Source: Octopus vulgaris (taxonomy: Eukaryota). From it: a stretch of DNA of 64,000 nucleotides. The position numbers were made by a program, and so were the translations under genes. The notes under the pieces are model-generated. The model searched no databases and was not told the origin of the DNA. It worked only from the letters and a program-made list of their open reading frames with translations. Where the stretch lies: NCBI GenBank assembly GCA_951406725.2, contig OX597815.1, forward strand, positions 200,322,001 to 200,386,000. The letters run 5' to 3'. Below are positions 56,293-64,000 of this stretch, in pieces. The stretch's first letter is position 1, and each line of letters begins with the position of its first letter.

Positions 56293-56889
56293 TGTCCCTG
56301 TGTAATGTGCAGCGTTGAGAGTATCTGTGTGCATACATGCATCAGATAGTTTGTTATGTGTGCGTGTGTGTTATGAATGTTTGGAACAAGAAATGGAAGC
56401 ATACCATAATGTACTCTATATTATGTACAATGCACAACTGTATATATACTTATATTTTTAATGAGCATTGAAGATCGTGCAATGTATATTGAGACGTGCA
56501 TTATTCAATAAAACTTTGACGGCATGAGAATTCTGTAATTGGTAGAAATGTAGTTGATATATTCCATCTGAGTATATGATTGTTAGTTATTTGATCGACT
56601 TTGAATGAAGGAAACTGAAGGTCAATGCTACTTTTGCTATATCAGAGTGAAAGAAAAAAAATATACTTATACGTGCTAGATTCTACCAGCAAACATTATA
56701 TCCGTTACGCTTGAGAATGTTCCAAATTTATCTGCGCTAGCCATTTCCACCGTCAGAAAAAAAAAGCCTCATATATTTATATATATATATAGCAAGGAGA
56801 AATAAATATGTGGTAGATGACAAGACGTTCATGAAACTAAAGGAAACGGTTTCGATAGCAGGTCAGCGAAAATGTTTTTGCCTACGAAA

Positions 56890-57850
<961 letters not shown>

Positions 57851-57944
57851 GAAATATAGATAAGAAAGTTTTGTTTAAATGTTATGAATGCATTTTGTTG
57901 CATAAATTCGATGTGATTTGTTTATGAATATTATTTAATGAATA

Positions 57945-58088
57945 TTCTTTTTTACTCTAGGTACAAGGCCCGACATTTTTGGGCAGAATTCCAGTCGATA
58001 AGATCGACCCGAGTACGCAACTGGTACTTAATTTATCGACCCCGAAAGGATGAAAGGCAAAGTCGACCTCGGCAATATTTGAACTCAT
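57945..58088 (-). mobile_element. Nin-domain-like SINE, 5'-truncated
   Basis: CTGGTACTTAATTTATCGACCCCGAAAGGATGAAAGGCAAAGTCGACCTCGGC. Confidence 0.85.
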
Positions 58089-58130
58089 AGGTAAATTGTA
58101 CAAAATACTTTATAATTATATATATAATTA

Positions 58131-58327
58131 TAACAAGGGATCGGCTTTCACAGCTTACCAAACACAGCGATAAATAGTCGCCAAAACCCCTATTATTGTC
58201 ACCTTAAAATCTCCGAGAATAACACTGTAATATAGAGTGTTATTCTCGGAGATTTTAAGGTGGTAATAGGGGCTTTAGCGTTTATTTCTTGCAGCGCGTG
58301 GTGAGGCGTAATGCCGAAACCCTGTTA
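58131..58327. mobile_element. Foldback/palindromic MITE-like element
   Basis: Perfect 27-bp stem 58200-58226 / 58236-58262 around a 9-nt loop; imperfect pairing extends outward. Confidence 0.7.
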
Positions 58328-58332
58328 TTATA

Positions 58333-58387
<55 letters not shown>

Positions 58388-58638
58388 GTATATATATATA
58401 TATATATATATACATACATATATAAAATGGAGTAATTTTGGTGAAGCATTGTGTGATAATCCATTAAAGACTTGTTGAGTAAATCTGGAACAATGTTAGA
58501 AGATATTAATTAAATTACAAAAAGATAACAAAAAACAAAACAAATTTGGAATATTACCTATGTTTCTAGATTTCAGGGCTATGTTCTTTAATTTTTCTAG
58601 TTTACTTTATATCTTCTTGCACTGTCCAGGCCTACATG

Positions 58639-59605
58639 TAGGGGTTGGACAAAATAATAGAAACACCTTGTTGATAGGAATTTTTATTTTACATTATTTA
58701 ATACTGAAGTAGTCTTAATTTGGCATTGAGCACAGCTTTGAAATATCAATGAATTGACAGACACCGGTCTTGAACGGGTGTTAATGGAATTTTGAGTCTC
58801 TTCAGTTAAAATCTCCTTTAGTTCTTTCCGAAACGTTTGCGGAGGTATAGAGTTCCTCACTTCATGCTAAAAAAATGCATCATGCATTTTCAATTATTGC
58901 GAAACAGACGAACTATTCTACTTCCATTTTTGCGCTTTAGAATTAATGTTGAATAACATTATGTGAGTGACCTGGTGCATTATCATGCTACTTTTCGTAC
59001 TATTCGGTGGACATAATCAACCAAAATAACCAGACAACCCTTGGTATGCACAATAGCGAAAGAGCTGAGATAACTCCTTGATATGGCTGCACAAACCATC
59101 TCCTAACTGTCCGGGAGGGAGGCTTCGTTGCAATGCCTTTAGTCATCTCGCTCGAAATAGCAAAAATGGAGAACCATAATTCATCAGAGAATATGCGATT
59201 GTTTTATTGAGCCAGTGACCACTTCTCATAATCTAGGAATAGGAAAAGTTATGCAGTCGCAGCCCTCTTATTGTATCAAGGTTTACAGATATCACGACGA
59301 ACGTTTTTTGTTGACTCTGTGTTGGCAAGGTGGTAGATTAACCCTGCAGTCATTTTTTTCAATAGCTATTAAATACAATATGCTTCCCCATTCTGCAGTC
59401 CCTTGTTGTAAATATTGCTTACTATCCAGAATTATGATTGACGAAAATGTTACGATCTTGTTTTATCTTCGACGCCAACATGATTTTACAGGCTGTAACT
59501 CTCAAAACATTAAACAATTCACAATTTTAGTGACTGAAAGTTCAGCAGTCCGTACTTCAACAATTTCCGGTCTTCAGAAATTTGATGTATCCTGCATTTT
59601 CATTT
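58639..59605 (-). mobile_element. Decayed Tc1 transposon
   Basis: TIR-like AGGGGTTGGACAAAATAATAGAAACACC; minus-strand relics MQDTSNF*R..SVTKI, STKNVRR, IFSDE, HDNAPGH, KELKEILTEE, FQAVLNAK; second TIR not found. Confidence 0.75.
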
Positions 59606-59721
59606 ATAGGAATATAATTATCTCCTTAAAAAAGCAACAATAGATGGATATATAATGGAGTTCAAGGTATACATAATACCTATAAACATATACACGCAGA
59701 CTATATATATATATATATATA

Positions 59722-60009
59722 ACTGGCGCTCCGTCGGTTACGACGAACAGGGTTCCAGTTGTTGCTATCAACAGAGCAGCTTCCTCTTGCACGTTAATTA
59801 ACGTAGGAGTTGCTCAGCTCTCAACAAATACGCATACATTTAAAATAATTCTCAGGAAGATTCAACATGACATGCTAAGCCCTTTGAATTACAGGTACAA
59901 CTCATTTTTGCCAGGTGAGTGTACTGGAGGAACGTGAAATAAAGTGTCTTGCTCAAGGACACAACGCGTCACCGGGAAATATCTAAACCACTAAGCTACG
60001 CGCATTCAC
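59722..60009 (-). mobile_element. Old SINE with OR1-type 3' tail and a different (CORE-like) centre
   Basis: Tail GTCGTAACCGACGGAG shared with OR1-like copies; centre GTGTCCTTGAGCAAGACACTTTA. Confidence 0.7.
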
Positions 60010-60160
60010 ACAGACACACACACACACACACATATGTATATATGTATATGTGTGTGTGTGTGTGTGTGTGGAATTTGATTTAGTATTTCTAAATTCAATT
60101 GTTTTTCCTTGTAAGTTTGGATTTTATTCCCTCAAATAAAAATTATATATATATATATAT

Positions 60161-60208
<48 letters not shown>

Positions 60209-62899
60209 AGAGAAAGAGAGAGAGAGAAAGAGAAAGAGAAAGAGAGAGGGAAAAACAGACAGACAGATAGATTGATACATAGATAGATGGATGGATAGAT
60301 ATACATTGTGTCACTTCGTTAGAAATCCGTCTATTTCTTCGTCTTGAATCATTCATCGTGACATGTGATATTTAATTCTTTTAAAATAACGAAGAATATG
60401 TATTAAGAGAAACGTTAAATGTGACTTATTATGTAGCTTTTTAAAATTTCCTATTTGCATCGCTTTATATTCTATATCCTCATATCTTCATTTATGACTT
60501 TCCTTTGATCAACCTGGTTTTGATATAATGTGCGTTAAGAATATAATAAGATTACTTGAATTGACTACATTCATCTCGTTGTGAAAGTGGCATTGTGTGT
60601 TGTCAAAAAAAGTCTTGATGTGCAAATAATATCACTGCATATAATAATGTTCAATTGATAGGAAGCTCCAACACATTTTACAGCAGTCATATGAAGAATA
60701 GAATTTTGCAAAATACGCAGTTTAATATTACTCACTACTAACACCTTCCCTTTATCTTTTCTCTCTCCGAATTAGGTTGTATTCTTTCATTAACTCTTAC
60801 TTCAACTGCCTCACTTAATTTCTATTATACGTTAACCAAGTGTGGCAACATGTTCTTCCACCATCTTGTTGTCTGTCTTTGATGTCATTCAGGTCAAAAG
60901 AACAGTGAAAAACAACTGCAGTCAACCTTTTCAGCATTCACTGTTGCTATCGGCAGTTGTTCATGCTTCTTACTTTCTGTCTGTTTCCTGTATTCCCTTC
61001 AAAAATAACATAATTTCCCCCAACATACACACAAAAAGTATTCACATAAAAAGAGAGACACACGCACAAACAACCATGATTAAAGAAGCACAAGTGATTT
61101 GATACTATATAATAATGCATATTTTGGTTATCACTATAAATTTACGATTTGTTTTCATTGCAAGGGAGGTATACGATCCTGTTTCAATTCTTAATGGGGA
61201 ATACATTCATTCCAATATGCTAAGGCCTTTCAGCTGATGAAAGACTGAACTACAAAGATCGATCTTACTATGTTTGTAAAATCAATCTGTCGTTATTGAT
61301 CATTTCAATATATCTAAAAGAAACAGGAAATGCACTTTGACCGAAATGATCGCTTTTCTGAGAGTTAAAAATAATAACAAAAAAAAAAAAATTGATAATA
61401 ATTCCAACTGTTCATGCGGAAGATAACAATGTATAAAATCTACTAATATTACGAACATCTAATGTAGATTTTGACATTTACATTCTTATTGGCTAGCTTT
61501 CGGCCAAATGTCTTGACATGGTGTCACGTAATGAACATGTGCATTCTTGCCAGACGTACTCATACAAACACACACACGTATGTACACAAACACACGTTTG
61601 CACACATCACGTATGTATATGTATTTATGCATATGCATAGGTGTGCATCTGATGTGCTTGTGTGTGCAGGTATTCATGTGTATAGGCATTATGCACATTT
61701 AATGAAGAAGTGTTTGGAAATCAAAATGATGACGAAGACGACGGCCAGTAACGAATCATAAACCTGCCATAGACTGACTATTAAAAGAAATTAGAAAACA
61801 TAGTTCACGTGTATATATTGGAGATACTTCCCTTGCAAACACTAATGACCAATGACCCAATGGTAAGACAGTATATCAACATGTCATGGCAGAATAGAAA
61901 AACAACCGTTATACTCCAAGCAGCAGAAAACCTAATAACAATATCCGGATCCCTATCATCAAATAAAGAAGAGTTTTAAGAGATAGTCCCTACTGAAAAT
62001 TCACATCTTCCGAGTTATATCTCTCCTAACAAAATCTGCTGAACCGAATCGTTAATGAATAACAAATTCTACGGACACACTATAAACCTTATCATATGTA
62101 TGAAGGATTGAAATTGCATTCAAGAAAGACACCAGGATTCTGTTCAACTCAAGCCAAACGGCAATGGTTTCAGAAAAGACATCAAAATCAGAATGGGATT
62201 GGAAAAAATGGCCAGCGCTCTTCCGGAAAAGGGACAAGTAATAAAATATGATAGATAATAAGTCAGATTCAAAGACCGAATACGAAATAATAAATGAATA
62301 TCAGTAAACGAATACAATAACAACGACAACACTAATAAATTATTGTTGGTTAAACGTAACTCATACATACCTAATATATTCTGAATAGAGAAAGAAAGGC
62401 ATAAACTCGGTTTGATATGCGATAATACGCTGAAGGCGTAAAACCAAACCACAGCATAAAAATGGATGAAAACTGGAAGTGCCCAAATCGGAGAATCATA
62501 GCACTTCTAAGAGATATCTCATCTTGCACCAAGGGCTATTTCCCGCTAACAACAGCTGTTCCATGGAACTCAGAAAATGATCTTCATGATGTACTCGCAC
62601 TCATGGAGTTTCGACATAATTCCTCACATTAAGGAACGTTTGCTCACTGAACAAACGTATGCAAAGTAGTTTCGTCGTTCTAAGTGTCCTTCGGACAGGG
62701 TCCGTGGGCGACGCGTATGCGCTAGTAGAGTTTGTTATGAACCGGCAATCATCACCCGCCCCATTCAACGACACATATTGCGTAGTCACCATATCCAATT
62801 TTGCTCTCTTCTGGTTCACGAAACTTCCTGCCTTGCTTCCACCAACAATATCTCTTCAATATCTCAAACCAACAATATCTCTTCCGTTATCCTCACGCA

Positions 62900-64000
62900 C
62901 TACTTGTCAAGACACGCTACAGTACTCGTCATTATCTTTAATCTCACAATTTTTACTCAGATAAACTATCATCAACAAGCACTCGCCAATGGGTCGCATT
63001 TCAAAGAAAGGCAACCACTGAAAATGAGGCATCTACAGCCTTATTACTCTCACTTCTAAAATCTGTATGCTAACGAAATGCAATTATAAACGATATTCTC
63101 GAAAACGTTGATAAATCCTCTCTCCTCAGAGGAGACCAATAAAGTTTTCTTCAAAGCCATATTCACTACATACCTACTTTTAAACCTCTTAGCAACTCAT
63201 TCTTGCATGTGAGAAGTTGGAGGAAACTAATAAGGTTGCTCTGACCACCTATAAATACTTAGACTGTATTTGTCATGCATGTTACCAAAACTTCCCGCCT
63301 CTGTTCGCTAGTTTACTCTACGTTCTTGAGTCCGTAGCTTCCTATCAGGTCGCAGAATCATGATATGTGTTGACAGAGTTCTGTCTACTCCACCTTCACA
63401 TAATTTTCATGTTATCCCTTGTCCCCACATTCTTAAATTTTTATGCGTCAATGACTTAGACGCTTTGACATCCACCGATGATCGCTCTTATGGAAATGCC
63501 AAAACTAACTCTTCGTCCCTCCGTAACTCCCCAAACATGCATCTTCCACGGGCAGCTGAAACATCACATCCCAAAACTGAATTTATTTCAGAAATGGGGA
63601 GATAACCTCTAACCATCCTTTAGAGAAGCCAGATTAATGAAGTATTTTTAACACATATACACAGAATCAGTTAAGATCTGCACATAGCAACAACATACCC
63701 CCTCCCCACTAAAAAAGGGACAGCACTCTGCTAGATCCCTTACAGCCGCTGAACATGCTTGCTCTCACTATCAACTAGGTTCTCCAGGTCTCCTCCATTG
63801 CCGAAAGAACATCATTAACATAGATAATACCACATAAAGATAATAGCCCAATAGCTGCCGACTGTCATCATGACTCAAATTGCGTCTCACAATGGAGTGC
63901 CTTCTCGACGTATGAGACGATGTTGCAACCTGACACATAGATATCCTAGGGAGCATTCGTGTGGTGGCTATTAAATCATCAACGGACTCATTCCAGCACC
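62900..64000 (+). mobile_element. Highly decayed CR1/L2/Jockey-group LINE RT region
   Basis: Relics SFLSGRRIMICVD..S, LCVNDL..SYGN (YADD position), QI(R)LTME..; 5' boundary uncertain. Confidence 0.55.

Noticed and set aside
59215-59643. 142-aa + strand ORF
   Set aside because: Antisense to the decayed Tc1 transposase.

Overview
Eukaryotic, AT-rich, microsatellite-saturated DNA whose SINE repertoire (tRNA-Arg-headed OR-type, OK-like and Nin-domain SINEs, recognised from memory) points to an Octopus genome. No intact host protein-coding gene can be supported, and nearly all short ORFs in the track are translated microsatellites. The main feature is a nest of same-strand, 5'-truncated R4/Dong-clade non-LTR retrotransposons (RT + CCHC + restriction-like endonuclease). 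They come from at least six divergent families and sit at (AAT)n tracts (1-6131, 10025-18165, 43030-46422). A seventh family sits in (ACAT)n. Positions 1-6131 near-identically repeat 11539-17657 across a 100-N gap, probably a false or haplotypic duplication. Also present are RTE, L1/Tx1 and CR1/L2-like LINE relics, a Tc2/pogo-type MITE, a decayed Tc1, a Helitron-like 5' end, a foldback element and a Penelope-like unit with a degenerate hammerhead ribozyme. The most notable observations are: (i) one two-stem RNA hairpin geometry in the otherwise unalignable 3' UTRs of six R4/Dong families; (ii) four short-range duplications of 137-177 bp; (iii) stuttered 5' junctions; (iv) a SINE tail matching Tx1-like LINE tails; (v) a ~130-bp duplication flanking a SINE. 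All alignments and counts were done by eye.
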